Positions 1 through 14,228 of a stretch of DNA of 64,000 nt are shown here, piece by piece (positions within the stretch are counted from its first letter, which is position 1; every line of letters begins with the position of its first letter). The stretch comes from Octopus vulgaris. Lineage: Eukaryota. The stretch lies in the NCBI GenBank assembly GCA_951406725.2, contig OX597835.1:35650001-35714000 (forward strand). Direction: 5' to 3'. The position numbers were made by a program, and so were the translations under genes. The notes under the pieces were generated by a model that saw nothing but the letters and a program-made list of their open reading frames with translations, had not been told where the DNA came from and did not search any database.

Positions 1-374
1 CAATAAGAATTCATAATTTTAGTTCACGTATTGCATGACTCGGTGGTGTAGCCATCGTTGTGTGTATTGGGGTGCATGTGAGTGCACACATACACACACA
101 TACGCGCAAACAGAAACACACACACATACACTCAGATGCACTCACACACACACACACACACGCAGAAGTACACACACATGCATATGCGTCTGTATACGCG
201 TGCTTAATGTGTACTTGTGTACGTACGTATGTGTGATTGTTTATACGTGAATGTGTGTGTGCGTGCGTGATTGCTTATATGTGTATGCGTGTGCTGAGAT
301 TTATATATATGTATGTACCTATATACATCTGTATACCTATATTTATATAACTCTCTCTCCCTCTCTCTCTCTCT

Positions 375-510
<136 letters not shown>

Positions 511-698
511 CGCCATCATAGATCGTTAGCCACTACACACATTTTTACTCTCCTTGTTTTTTCTGTGTCCCTTTCTGTAGGAGAGCATAGGCTCGAAACG
601 TTAAAGACTCTTTCTATTCCTGAGCGTTATACTAATACATCTGTTTGTTTTGTACACCACCTGTTTTCGTCTTTTGTTTGTTTTCGTAAACTCTCCCT
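511..698 (+). mobile_element. PLE pseudo-LTR fragment, family A
   Basis: Homologous to 45168-45395 (-) and 57180-57372 (+); all carry a hammerhead-like motif. PLE assignment is inferred from the HHR type. Confidence 0.65.
571..606 (+). ncRNA. Minimal type I hammerhead motif, degenerate core
   Basis: cttt CTGTAGG A GAGC-ATAG-GCTC GAAAC GTT aaag: stem I cttt/aaag, 4-bp stem II, palindromic ACGT stem III; core differs from CUGANGA at A6 and A9. Confidence 0.55.
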
Positions 699-1744
699 AT
701 ATATATATAGATAGATAAGGACACTACAGAGTTCGCCTACAGTTTACCTATTGCATTACATACAGACGACTCCTATCCACTCTCCCAGATTAGATTTGGA
801 GCGCCTTGATTATTACGAAACATATGTTCACTCAACCGTGTTGGTCTTCTTTTTAGACGCAAAATATACTCTCACGTGACACGCAAGGGCGTGACGGGAA
901 ACGTACAAAAGGTTATAAACTTAATCATTCTCCAGAAACACTTGACAGAAAACATTCAGAGCATTGATTGTTTGAACTTGTTCACTCAAATACGCCAGCC
1001 TGAACTTACGACGCCAAACATTGTTACTTAATAGTAACACACAGACGTAGCGAGGGCTCTACAAAATTTCTATGACCAGTCATATGACTATCTTCTACCA
1101 ATCAAATACTATCCAAAGCATATAATAATTTGAGCCATGAGCTTCCTATAACAACAGGGCAAACTTCAAACACTATTCCGCAGCAAGACAACTGCTCATA
1201 AGCCACGCCTTTCTATTTGAACTTTTGAAAATCACTGCACGTGTAAATAATTATAAATGATAATATACTATTATATTAGTAATATATAACAACTATTCTC
1301 TATTATTTCAAGTTATTGATATAATAAAAATAATGAAAAATTGTTTAAAGAGATTAACAAAAAAAATGTTCTTTATTTATTTAGTTTATTAGAAGGAGAA
1401 TTCCGAAATAAATATGAAGAGAAACCTAAAAAAGATGTTCTTTACTTACTTAATTCATCGGAGGGAGAATTCCGTAATGAACATGAAGATAAATTTAGAG
1501 CTATAATAACTACAATCTATATTATTACCCCATAGATATAGAGTTAGGCTATTGTAATGGATATCAAAATATTATCAGTTTTTCAGAAGTAACCAGATTT
1601 GAAGTTTCTTGAATACGGATTATTCACAGTAACTAACAAGTAAATGTACCAATAATCGTATATTATAGAATTATGTTCTCAAACATTATCTGCAGTAAAT
1701 TATCTGCTGCAGAATTGTTTCCGGAATTTAGCGCACCAGAGCTC

Positions 1745-1792
1745 AGGCATTTGAAAATAACCCCAATGTAATCGGTGAAACTAAGCATGTCT
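1745..1792 (+). ncRNA. Degenerate type I hammerhead motif (U3:A8 core)
   Basis: aggcat TTGAAAA TA ACC..GGT GAAAC TA AGC atgtct: 6-bp stem I with one GU; cleavage triplet is mutated (AGC). Confidence 0.4.
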
Positions 1793-1849
1793 CAGGTTTT
1801 ATATAGAAAACTAGTGTTTAGTTTTACAAATTATATTGAATGTGGAACG

Positions 1850-1919
1850 ATCGTACTGATGAGTCTACGGACGAAGAATTACGTAATATATTCGGTAATA
1901 GAAGAAACCGGTATACGAT
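1850..1919 (+). ncRNA. Type I hammerhead ribozyme motif, canonical CUGAUGA box
   Basis: atcgta CTGATGA g-tcta...taga-a GAAAC CG GTA tacgat: perfect 6-bp stem I, palindromic ACCGGT stem III, GUA triplet; the 10.1-11.1 pair is a G/A mismatch. Confidence 0.75.
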
Positions 1920-2184
1920 TAATTCTTGATTTTTTGTAATTTTCATGTCTTGCCCGACTATGTTCTGGTGTTCTCTGAATTTTCTCTGAAGAGCATTCTT
2001 TTTTTGTAGTTAGATCGTATGTGATCTTCTTCTAGCATATGGCTATCCATCTAGTGGATTTTTTAGCCCTAAATATACACATGTATTGAAATTTTTTCTG
2101 ATTTTTCAGATTTTTTATATGCTAGGCTACTCGTTTTAAATTGATATTAATTAAATTAATGTTCAATTTATCTCCCTCGTTATT

Positions 2185-2242
<58 letters not shown>

Positions 2243-2444
2243 CGAAGAGAAGATCGATGTTGGACGTGGCGAAAAGCACGCATATATCTAACATATGTAC
2301 AAAGATATCTATCACTGTGGCATATGTATCTAGATTTTATACTCTTGTATACATAGATACACCCACACTCAACTCCCTCACAAACACAAAGCCCCACACA
2401 CGCACACACACACACACACACACACTCATATAGACATGTTTTTA

Positions 2445-2498
<54 letters not shown>

Positions 2499-2778
2499 CC
2501 AATTAAATATTTACACCCACACCTACACTCACTCACACATGTATCTATTAATGTATATATGCATGTGTCTATATGTGTGTTTATTCATGTGTGTGTGTGT
2601 GTGTGCATAAACAAGGTATATGTTTATATCCATATAGAGTATACACACGCGTGTGTGATTATGTATGTATGCGCATATACAACACTGTATATTACGTACA
2701 ATCATGTTAGTTTCCAGTTTACTTTGAAAAGTTTCATCACCTTTTTTATATGCACGAAAAGAAAACTATATGTATGTT

Positions 2779-2818
<40 letters not shown>

Positions 2819-2836
2819 TACAAAAACACACGCTTA

Positions 2837-2892
<56 letters not shown>

Positions 2893-4025
2893 TGTATATG
2901 CTGATATGTATATGGATATATATATATGCATGTACACCGGTTCCGTTTCCTCCCCTGTTTCCTGTAACGTATTTCATCCTAACACGTCCTCAGATTTACA
3001 AACAGATAATACACCAAACAAAGATATATAAATACTTATTCAGAAATCAGCCAAATACAAAATTACAAATATACAAATATTTAGTGTGTGTGTCTTTGCA
3101 TGCATGTGTGTGCTTCCCTGTGTGTGAGTGTGTGTCTGCATGCATATATTTGTGAATATATATATATATATATATATGTATATACATACATATATATATA
3201 TATGTATGTATATACATACATATATGTATATATATATATATGTGTGTGTGTATATATATATATACATACATACATACATATATATAAATATAAATCTGTG
3301 TGTGTATTGAAAAGCATATGAATATAGTTATACATATATACACATATATGTTTGTATATATGTATATATATATACAAATATACATACATATATATGTATA
3401 TATTAATAAATATATCGACAAATAAACGTGAGTATGTATATACTTACATACATACACATACAAATATATATACGTATATATATATATATATTAATGAATA
3501 TATAAACAATGTGTGAGTATATATATATATATATACTTATATAGTTACAAACACAGACACACACACACACACACACATATATACACTGAAGATGAGAAAG
3601 AGAGTAAGACCTATAGATAGAAAGATAGATAGATGACGTTTGTAGAAAATCATATAGACATGAAATGTTAGTTGGTCGTATATTATCATACACTAAAATA
3701 AAAAATGGAAAATTGAACGTAAAAAAAAATGGCGAAATATTTTTGTTGGCGTTATTATGTCTTGCCTGTGCCGTTAAAAAGTTTTGCTTGCAGCTCTTCG
3801 TGTGTGACGTGACTAAAGGCGAATCTTGAGAACAGGAAGAAACATTTACTCCGGTTATTGCTTTTGATTCTTGTTTTTTGAAAAATCCCTGCTTCTTCTT
3901 TCACTTCCTATCTCGCTCCAACCTCACACATAAACGCAGACACATCCTCACATACCCCCATATATAAGCCCTTTAATATATACATACATACATATATAAA
4001 TATATATATATATATACATACATAC

Positions 4026-4099
<74 letters not shown>

Positions 4100-4164
4100 C
4101 ATGCATATATGCATATGTATATATGTATACATGCATATATATATATACATATATATATATATGC

Positions 4165-4195
<31 letters not shown>

Positions 4196-4324
4196 CATAC
4201 ACATTTACATTTACACATTGTAGCATCACATATATTAAAATTGCGTTGTGTGTTTATGTATATATATTCACATATATATGTGCATATATATTTATATATA
4301 TTTATATATATATGCACATATATA

Positions 4325-4375
<51 letters not shown>

Positions 4376-5179
4376 AATATTAGGGAATAAATCCAAACTT
4401 ACGATCGTAGTGTGATATTAATTATATTTTTTAAATAATTTTGTTATATATTTAAATAATATAAATTAAATAATCTTATGTATTGGCTTAAGTTTTTCAT
4501 TGTTTGATTTGCCTAATAGTGGTTTTGTCTCTAATTTAATATAATATATATATATATATATAAAATCTTAGTACATATATAGACGTATACGTATAGTTAA
4601 ATATTTGTTTGTGTGTGTGTGTGTGGTGTGTACCTGTGTGTGTATGCGTGTGTGTTTGAATGTACTGTTTTGAATGAAAATTGGGCGGAAGAAAGATTGA
4701 AAGGACAAATGAGAAGGAGGTAAGCTGTAATTTGAACTCTGAACAGCTTGTAACAACATCAAATCTAAAATGTTACCAACATCCGAAGCAAACAATAGCT
4801 CAAATAATAGCTCAAATAATAATTACAACAACAACAACGATAATAACAATAATAACTGATTGGAAGTGTTAGCTTGTATGAATGATTGGAAGTGTTAGCA
4901 TATATAACTGATTGGAAGTGGTTTCATGTACATTGTTTTGTTTTGGTATAAAAGATGGGTTACAATAAATATTTTGTTCAGTACCACAGACTTGCTTGTC
5001 AGTTGGTTGACCTTAAAGCGGTTGAGCAGGTTCCTTAGGGTTTTCTTGTAAACACCGACAGAACGATCCAGGATAATCGACCAGATATAGGAGGGAATAA
5101 AATATTTGTAGGTGGCTTGTTCTTTGCAAATAATTATGTTTCTGCATAGAACATCATCTAAAATTTGCTTCGCTTCCGT

Positions 5180-5675
5180 AAAGTATGTACAAGATGGTGC
5201 TAAGAGAGCTTATCAAAGAGCATAATCGCAATCGCGTGGAGATCTGTTGATGCTTGCTCGACCGCTACAACAATGAAGGCAAAACTTTTTTGCAAGGAAA
5301 AGCCACAGGAGATGAGACTTGGGTTTATCACTTTGAGCCAGAATCCAAGAGGCAGATTTTGGAGTGGAAACATCCCGTATTGCAAATGCAAAAGAAATTC
5401 AGAACTTAATCTTCCACAGAAAAGTTATGCCAACCAGTTTTGGAGATGAAGAAGTACCCCTATTGGAGTATTACATGGAAAAAGAGCCTTCAGACAAAAG
5501 TGTAGGCTACAATAAAATGCTGGCCAGCAAACTGAAACCAGTAATTCGCACCAATCGCGCCGAATTGTATTGCCAAATCAAGTGTTATTGTTGCACGGCA
5601 ATGCCCGTCCAAATACAGCTGCCCACACCGTTGAAAACATTGTAAAATGGGGTTTCGAGTTGCTTGAACACCTTC
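5180..5675 (+). pseudogene. Mariner transposase remnant
   Basis: Frameshifted segments DETWVYHFEPESKRQILEWKH and VLLLHGNARPNTAAHTVENIVKWGFELLEH match mariner catalytic motifs (DETW; HDNARPH). Confidence 0.85.
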
Positions 5676-5856
5676 GCGTATTTACATGCATACATCCATA
5701 CATGCACGCGCGTACGCACACATACACACATGTATATAATTTTGAAGTTTATTTCTCAGCACTGAAAAATTATGGCATTTTGTATTGGAATCCGTTCATG
5801 GAAACAATGCGATCGAAGACAGAAAAATAGGTAACTGGTATATATGCACATTTCAA

Positions 5857-6087
5857 GGCGGCGAGCTGGCAGAATCGTTAGCATGCCGGGCGAAAAGCTT
5901 AGCAGTATTTCGTCTACCGCTACGTTCTGAGTTCAAATTCCGTGAAGTCGACTTTGCCTTTCATCCTTTCGGGGGTCGATTAAATAAGTACCAGTTACGC
6001 ACTGGGGTCGATATAATCGACTTAATCCGTTTGTCTGTCCTTGTTTGTTCCCTCTGTGTGTAGCCCCTTGTGGGCAATAAAGAAATA
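5857..6087 (+). mobile_element. tRNA-derived SINE with Meta-like central domain (MetaSINE-type), full length
   Basis: tRNA-like head ggcggcgagctggcagaatcgttagc, central gtcgactttgcctttcatcctttcggg..gtcgat..aagtaccag; ~20-bp TSD ggtatatat(g/a)cacatttca at 5837 and 6088. Confidence 0.85.
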
Positions 6088-6179
6088 GGTATATATACAC
6101 ATTTCAAGAGATATTGCCCTTTCATCAGCACCACATCCAAGCCATCAACTATTCACCAACGCTTAGACTACTACTACTT

Positions 6180-6237
<58 letters not shown>

Positions 6238-6655
6238 AACTACTACATCCACCACTAAGTTTAATGGTGGAACACTGCTGGATAGACCAATTAACATAAA
6301 CACATTCCTGGATGCTGCGTTGATTTAACCCTTTCAATGTGGTAACTGAATATATCCGCTCCAAATTTTATTACCGTTAGCTGGAAAGCGGTTTTACCCC
6401 CAAGGCTTTTAAAGAAACCCTCTTCATGCTGCAGGAAGCGGAGATCCCCCCGGTGTCGTTTTCAAAAGTCAATTTTTCAGATCGTAAAAGATGTTATTAA
6501 TATGTCTCATTAAGTATGTCTTTGCAGAGCTTGGATTAAGTAGTTTTAGCGTTGGATATGATGAAAATCGTATCTACAACAGGGACAGGAGATACTAGAA
6601 AAATATTGCCGAAGAGAGGGAAATTTTTTTTTCTATGGATAATAAATAAATAAAA

Positions 6656-6829
6656 GGCATAGGAGTGACTGTGTGGTAAGTAGCTTGCTTACGAACCACA
6701 TTGTTCCGGGTTCAGTCCCACTGCGTGGCACCTTGGGCAAGTATCTTCTACTATAGCCTCGAGCCGACCAATGCCTTGTGAGTGGATTTGGTAGACGGAA
6801 ACTGAAAGAAGTCCATCGTATATATATAT

Positions 6830-6916
<87 letters not shown>

Positions 6917-7140
6917 CGTGTGCGTGTGTGAGGTGTATATATGTTTGTGCCCCCCAACATCGTTTGACAACCGATGCTGGTCTGGTGTGTTTACGTCCCC
7001 CGTAACTTATCGGTTCGGCAAAAGAGAACGATAGAATAAGTACTAGGCTTACAAAGAATAAGTCCTGGGGTCGATTTGTTCAACTAAAGGTGGTGCTCCA
7101 GCATGGCCACAGTTAAATGACTGAAACAAGTAAAAGAGAG
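6656..7140 (+). mobile_element. tRNA-derived SINE family B, full length, with internal microsatellite
   Basis: Head gg(c)rcaggagtg..tgtgtggtaag, B-box-like gggttcagtccc, CORE-like accttgggcaagt, internal (TA)/(TG), tail tgctccagcatggcc..gactgaaacaagtaaaagag; more than 10 copies or fragments in the window. Confidence 0.85.
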
Positions 7141-7499
7141 TAATTAACATCATTACGGGAATAACTATGAATTTAATTTCACAGTCAAAGAAATAAACAG
7201 TCCACTGTTTCGTATTTAGTCTTTGTGAAACATTGCAACAATGACGTCTCCAGAAAAAAAAATGAAGGAAAGAAAGAAAGAAGAAAAATAAGATTTGAAC
7301 TGAAAGAATCCTATCAGCAGTATTCATTCATTCCTACTCGTTTTATCCCTAGTTCAAATCCGCCAAAGTCAAACTCGGCGTCTATTTTCTCCATTCGGGG
7401 GCAGTAAGATATAGCACCAGTGAAAGACTAGGATTGAGTTAATCGATTTATTACCAATCACATTGGCACAAACTTGCTTGAAATTAAAAATTCTCCCCC

Positions 7500-7698
7500 G
7501 TCCTCCTCCTCCTTCTCCTCCTTCTTTTTCTTTTTCTTCTTGTTCTTGCTCTTGTTCTTCTTAATATTCTTCTTCTTAATCTTCTTCTTCTTCTTAATTG
7601 TCTCCTCCTCCTCCTCCTCCTGCTTCTTCTTTTTCTTCTCCTCCTCCTTCTTCTTTTTCTTCTTCTTCGTTTCTTCTTCTTCTTCTTCTTCTTCGTTT

Positions 7699-7747
<49 letters not shown>

Positions 7748-7947
7748 CACTACCACTACTACTACCGCCGCCACCACCACCACAATTGAGAGTAGTAGTA
7801 ATATATGACAACGTCATTACCACTTTCAATGCTAAATAATTAATTATCGTTCTTAATCATCATTAATGTAATAAGCAAATAATGGAAAATTTTAACTATT
7901 TTAACCAGAAGAAAACATAAAACAAAGATCAATAAGTCTGTAACGAC

Positions 7948-7981
<34 letters not shown>

Positions 7982-8125
7982 GCTGCATTATTAATAATAA
8001 TGATAAAATAGATATTAAAACAATAACAGCAACAATAACAACTAATGATAACAATAACAATAATAATAATGATAATAATAATAATAATAATGATGATAAT
8101 AATAATAATAATAATAATAATGATG

Positions 8126-8191
<66 letters not shown>

Positions 8192-8260
8192 TTGATAATA
8201 ATGAAAATATAGCTATTACAACGTGAATAGTCATACGATGATGATGATGATGATGATGAT
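7500..8260. repeat. Compound trinucleotide block (CTT/CCT, CTA, CCA, AAT, GAT)
   Basis: Directly visible. Confidence 0.9.
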
Positions 8261-8486
8261 GGTACATGACAAATAATAGAAAAAACACAAAACGAATATT
8301 TTAAAAATTTAATTATTCATTTACACATCTACACAGCCACGCATACACTCACACACATACGCGCACACGCACATACATATATATATATGATATATGCATA
8401 CAAAAATACATATAAATATATACACAAATGCAAGCATGTACCTATAAAGTATTAAAAAATATTACTACAAATGCAGTGTAGGTAAG

Positions 8487-8574
<88 letters not shown>

Positions 8575-9249
8575 ATATATATATATATATGCATATGTAT
8601 GTATGTGTATATATATGTATATATGCATATGTATGTGTGCGTATGTGTGGGTGTGTGTATACATTTAATGTTGCACACTCCAAGTAGAAAGCAGATCAAG
8701 ATGTTGGATCTGATGACAAAGAACGAATTGCAAAAGAAAAAGTAAATGAGACAATGAGAGTGGCAGTAACATTAACAATAGTAAAATATTCATAAGCACA
8801 ACAACAACAGCAACGACAACAAAAATATCAATGATGATAACGATAATAACAACAATATTCATAACAAGAACGCCATCAACATCAACGACAATATCTATAA
8901 CAATTTACAATAATCAGGAACAATTTTGAACAAAGATGATATGAATGGAATACGTTCAAACACCATATATATATGTATATATATATATATATATACATAC
9001 ATATATATATATATATAGATAGATATATAGATAGACACATATATGCATGATATAGACGTGTGTGTGTGTATGTATACATATTGCCGAATGTGCATAATTA
9101 ATAGGATACGAAAGGAGGGAAAAAAAAAGATTAGCGAACGTGAAAACACTTCCTTTTCACCAAAAATTCATCACCACAAACGACATGAACAACAGTTATA
9201 AAAACAATGACACACAATGCCGTCAACGATAACAACAGCCGCATGAGTA

Positions 9250-10575
<1,326 letters not shown>

Positions 10576-10997
10576 GTTGCAAGACGGTGATGATGTCAAA
10601 GATAATACGTTACAGTAAAATAAAACCTGGACGAGGAAACAAGAAAAACAAAAGAAAAAATAACCACTCACAAAACACACACAAACACACACACACACAC
10701 ACACCTACACCTACCCACCCATACACACACACACACACACCTACACCTACCCACCCATACACACACATGCACACTCACAGATGTACATATGCATGACGTA
10801 TTTTAATATTCATATAGAAATATGATATGTTCATATGTACATGCGTATATATATATATATATACATACATGTATATATATGTGGTATGTATGTATGTATA
10901 CATGTATCATAAAGCGAAGCAGCTCGGCAATGAGATTCCTGAAAAGAAATTTGAATCGCAAAAATCTACATATCCGGCCTTACGCGCCTTTCCGCTC

Positions 10998-11012
10998 GCC
11001 GTAGGTGGCGCT
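10998..11012 (+). promoter_or_regulatory. Candidate CTCF-binding motif
   Basis: GCCGTAGGTGGCGCT resembles the CTCF core, in a short GC-richer unique island; motif match only. Confidence 0.3.
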
Positions 11013-11086
11013 GTTCACGAAAACCTCGCAGCGGTTTTCCATAAGTCATGATTCGAAGTATTTTGGCCGCAGGCAGGAGAATGTAT

Positions 11087-11215
11087 CTTCTTCTCTTCTT
11101 CTTCTTCTTCTTCTTCTTCTTCTTCTTCTTCTTCTTCTTCTTCTTCTTCTTCTTCTTCTTCTTCTTCTTCTTCTTCTTCTTCTTCTTCTTCTTCTTCTTC
11201 TTCTTCTTCTTCTTC
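11087..11215. repeat. (CTT)n microsatellite
   Basis: Near-perfect run. Confidence 0.95.
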
Positions 11216-11630
11216 CTTTTCCTCTCTGTCCTCTCTTTCTCTCTCTATGTCTCTGTCGATACTGTATTATTCAAATGTGTTGTTATGTTGGCTGTTTTTT
11301 TTTTGTCTGCTTCTTTCTATCATTTTCACTTTCTCCTTTTTCTCTTTATTTAAATCATTCAGTCTTCACGTCTCACCTTGTCTGTCATTCTTCTCACCCT
11401 CCATTTTTTGGCATTACATACATGTTCTTCCTCCAATGAGACACGGAGAGAGAGAAAGAAGTTACAGAGGAAGAAAAAGAGGAGAGAGAAAAAAAGAGAG
11501 AGAGAGACAGTGGGAATGAGGGCGACAGAGAGAGAGAGAGAGAGAGAGAGAAAGAAATACACATCAACATGAATGCACACCAAAAAGACAGAAATTCATA
11601 TAAGACCACACACACACAGAACACACATTC

Positions 11631-11695
<65 letters not shown>

Positions 11696-12120
11696 CATAT
11701 ATACAAACATATATACATACACACTTAGATACATAAATGCATACATACATACATACATACATACATACATACATACATACATACATACATACGTACATAC
11801 ATACATACAAACATACATGCATGCATACATACGTACTACTTACTTGCATGTCCTTACGTACAATGAGAAGAGCAAAAGGAAGATTTTTGAGATTTTGAGG
11901 AACGTCTGCACAGGCACATTGAAGCACATATTCACATGCAATTACGCATACACACACACAAACACACACACGCGCACACACACACACGCATACACACACA
12001 CATACAGAGGCTCAGGTACGCGCACACACAGAGACACACAGAGACACACAAACACATATATATATAAATTTAATACAACATACGTACATGTATTTTGGGG
12101 TTATGCCTCTCAGTGAGTGT

Positions 12121-12161
<41 letters not shown>

Positions 12162-12354
12162 TGTGTGTATAGTTCTTATCCGAATTTGTACTTACAATTA
12201 AACGCTATAGTTACTATTGTCCAATACGTGGTCAACACTGATGAAATCATAAAACTATCACCGCATCGATAATTATCGATGTCACTTTCCTAGTCACAGA
12301 GTCCAGTAATCAGTACTTAAATGTAGTACCAATGTTCGCCCTCTAATAGAGCAT

Positions 12355-12720
12355 TACCTCCTCCTTCCTCCTTCTCCTCCTTTTCCTTCTCCTCCTCCTT
12401 CTTTTTCTTCATCATCATCAACATCATCAGCGTCATCATCGTCACCATCATCATCATCACCACCACCACCACCACCATCATCATCATCATCCTTACCACC
12501 ATCACCACCACCACCACCACTGCCACCGCCGCCACCACCACGAGCACTACCATCAGTACCACCACAACCGTCATCATCATCAGCATCATCATCCTCCTCA
12601 TCAACATCATCCTTACCACCACCACCGCCACCACGAGCACTACCTGTACCACAGCAGCACCATCATCGTTGTCGTCGTCGTCATGATCGTCGTCGCCATC
12701 ATCAACATCATCTTCATCAA

Positions 12721-12752
<32 letters not shown>

Positions 12753-12760
12753 ACATCATC

Positions 12761-12820
<60 letters not shown>

Positions 12821-12850
12821 GTCGTCGTCGTCGTCTTCGTCGTCGTTGTC
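12355..12850. repeat. Compound (CAT/CAC/CGT)n low-complexity block
   Basis: Directly visible. Confidence 0.9.
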
Positions 12851-12981
12851 ATCGTTTCTTTTTTCATTATTATCAAATACGTATCACGGAGTGAGTTTAA
12901 CTCATATTTGTCCAAAATGCTAATTAATTACATAACCAATAGATATATGAAAATTAATTAATTAATTAATTAATCAATTCG

Positions 12982-12995
12982 ATTGTTATGCAAAT
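12982..12995 (+). promoter_or_regulatory. Candidate Sox-POU composite element
   Basis: ATTGTTATGCAAAT is 14/15 of the canonical CATTGTTATGCAAAT; motif match only. Confidence 0.3.
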
Positions 12996-13516
12996 TAGAG
13001 CAGATCAATTCAGTTCAAAACATGTTTGGTTACAGGCGAAAATATTTCGTTTAACCGCAGGATTGTCTACGTAGAACATCTCTCCCTCCTTCTCTCCCTC
13101 TCCCTCTCTCTCTCTCTCACACTTTCTCTCACACACTCTCTCTCCCTCTTTCTCTCCCTCTCTCTCTCCCTCATATATATATAAATATATGGCAATGGAA
13201 CAAGTAATTACGTAATAATCTTCATTAGCTTACAGCTGTTTTTACTAAAAGATGTATTGCATTCACACTTTATGGCTTCGATTTCTCTCCTCCTGTCTCC
13301 CCATCACTCTCCTCTGTTTATCCCGCTTTCCCCATTCTCTGTCCTCCTCTGTCCCTGTCTCCCCCCTCTTTCCCCGACTCTCTTCGCTCCCTCTCTTCCT
13401 CTCCCGTCCCTATGTCTCTCAGTAGATCTTCGCTTCTGTCACTTTCTTCCTGACGCCATTTTCCTCCTCTTATTTGTCTGGGGTCTTTATGGTCACTAAT
13501 ATGTACAATCTATATT

Positions 13517-13901
13517 TATTTCTTTATTGCCCACAGGGGGCTAAACATAGAAGGGACAAACAAGGACAGATAAACGGATTAAGTCGATTACATCGACCCC
13601 AGTGCATAATTTGTACTTATTTAATCGACCCCGAAGGGATGAAAAGCAAAGTCGACCTCGGCGGAGTTTGAACTCAGAACGTAACGCTGGACGAAATACC
13701 TATTTCTTTACTACCCACAAGGGGCTAAACACAAAGGGGACAAACAAGGACAGACAAACGGATTAAGTCGATTATATCGACCCCAGTGCGTAACTGGTAC
13801 TTTTTTAATCGACCCCGAAAGGATGAAAGGCAAAGTCGACCTCGGCGAAGTTTGAACTCAGAACGTAACGCTAGACGAAATACCGCTAAGCATTTCGCCC
13901 T
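13517..13901 (-). mobile_element. MetaSINE-type SINE, 5'-truncated, tandem-duplicated body
   Basis: Two head-to-tail body copies; 13-bp TSD tacaatctatatt at 13504 and 13902. Confidence 0.85.
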
Positions 13902-13944
13902 TACAATCTATATTAATATACTTAGTCTTTCTAGAGAAGAAAGT

Positions 13945-14130
13945 GAGCGCATGGGTAATCGTTTGGTTGTTGCACTCATGACATAGCAAACGTAAGTTCA
14001 ATTCCTTGACTGGGTGGTGCATTATGATCTTGAGCAAATCTCTTCTTCTCACGCTGCTCAGCGATCACATCGACACCAGACGCGTGGTACACGGTGCCAC
14101 TGTTCAGAAAACGTCGGTTTTGCAGATCGT
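13945..14130 (+). mobile_element. Old tRNA-derived SINE fragment
   Basis: Degenerate tRNA-like head with B-box-like aagttcaattcc and cttgagcaa motif; similar to 30077-30200. Confidence 0.4.
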
Positions 14131-14228
14131 TCGGCAAAAGCTGAACGCTCATACCGCATCTTCGACAGATGAGTCCATTATTCTCTCTATATTTTATTTA
14201 TGCGTACGAATAGTTATTTATATAAGGA

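Larger units (their letters stand above)
745..2190 (+). mobile_element. Decayed PLE 3' part: GIY-YIG C-terminal remnant plus tail with tandem HHR motifs
   Basis: Broken frame WSALIITKHMFTQPCWSSF*TQNILSRD...VQKVINLI resembles a PLE endonuclease C-terminus. Homologous pieces at 15620-15880 (-) and 16490-17745 (+). HHR motifs at 1745 and 1850. Confidence 0.5.

Noticed and set aside
1341-1535. 64-aa ORF with a 23-aa internal repeat
   Set aside because: A 69-bp duplication (1359/1428) inside a PLE tail; differences are mostly non-synonymous and the start is non-ATG.
1856-1876. Alternative compact HHR parse CTGATGA GTC-TACG-GAC GAAG
   Set aside because: No stem III or stem I closes; the longer parse to GAAAC at 1904 gives complete stems.
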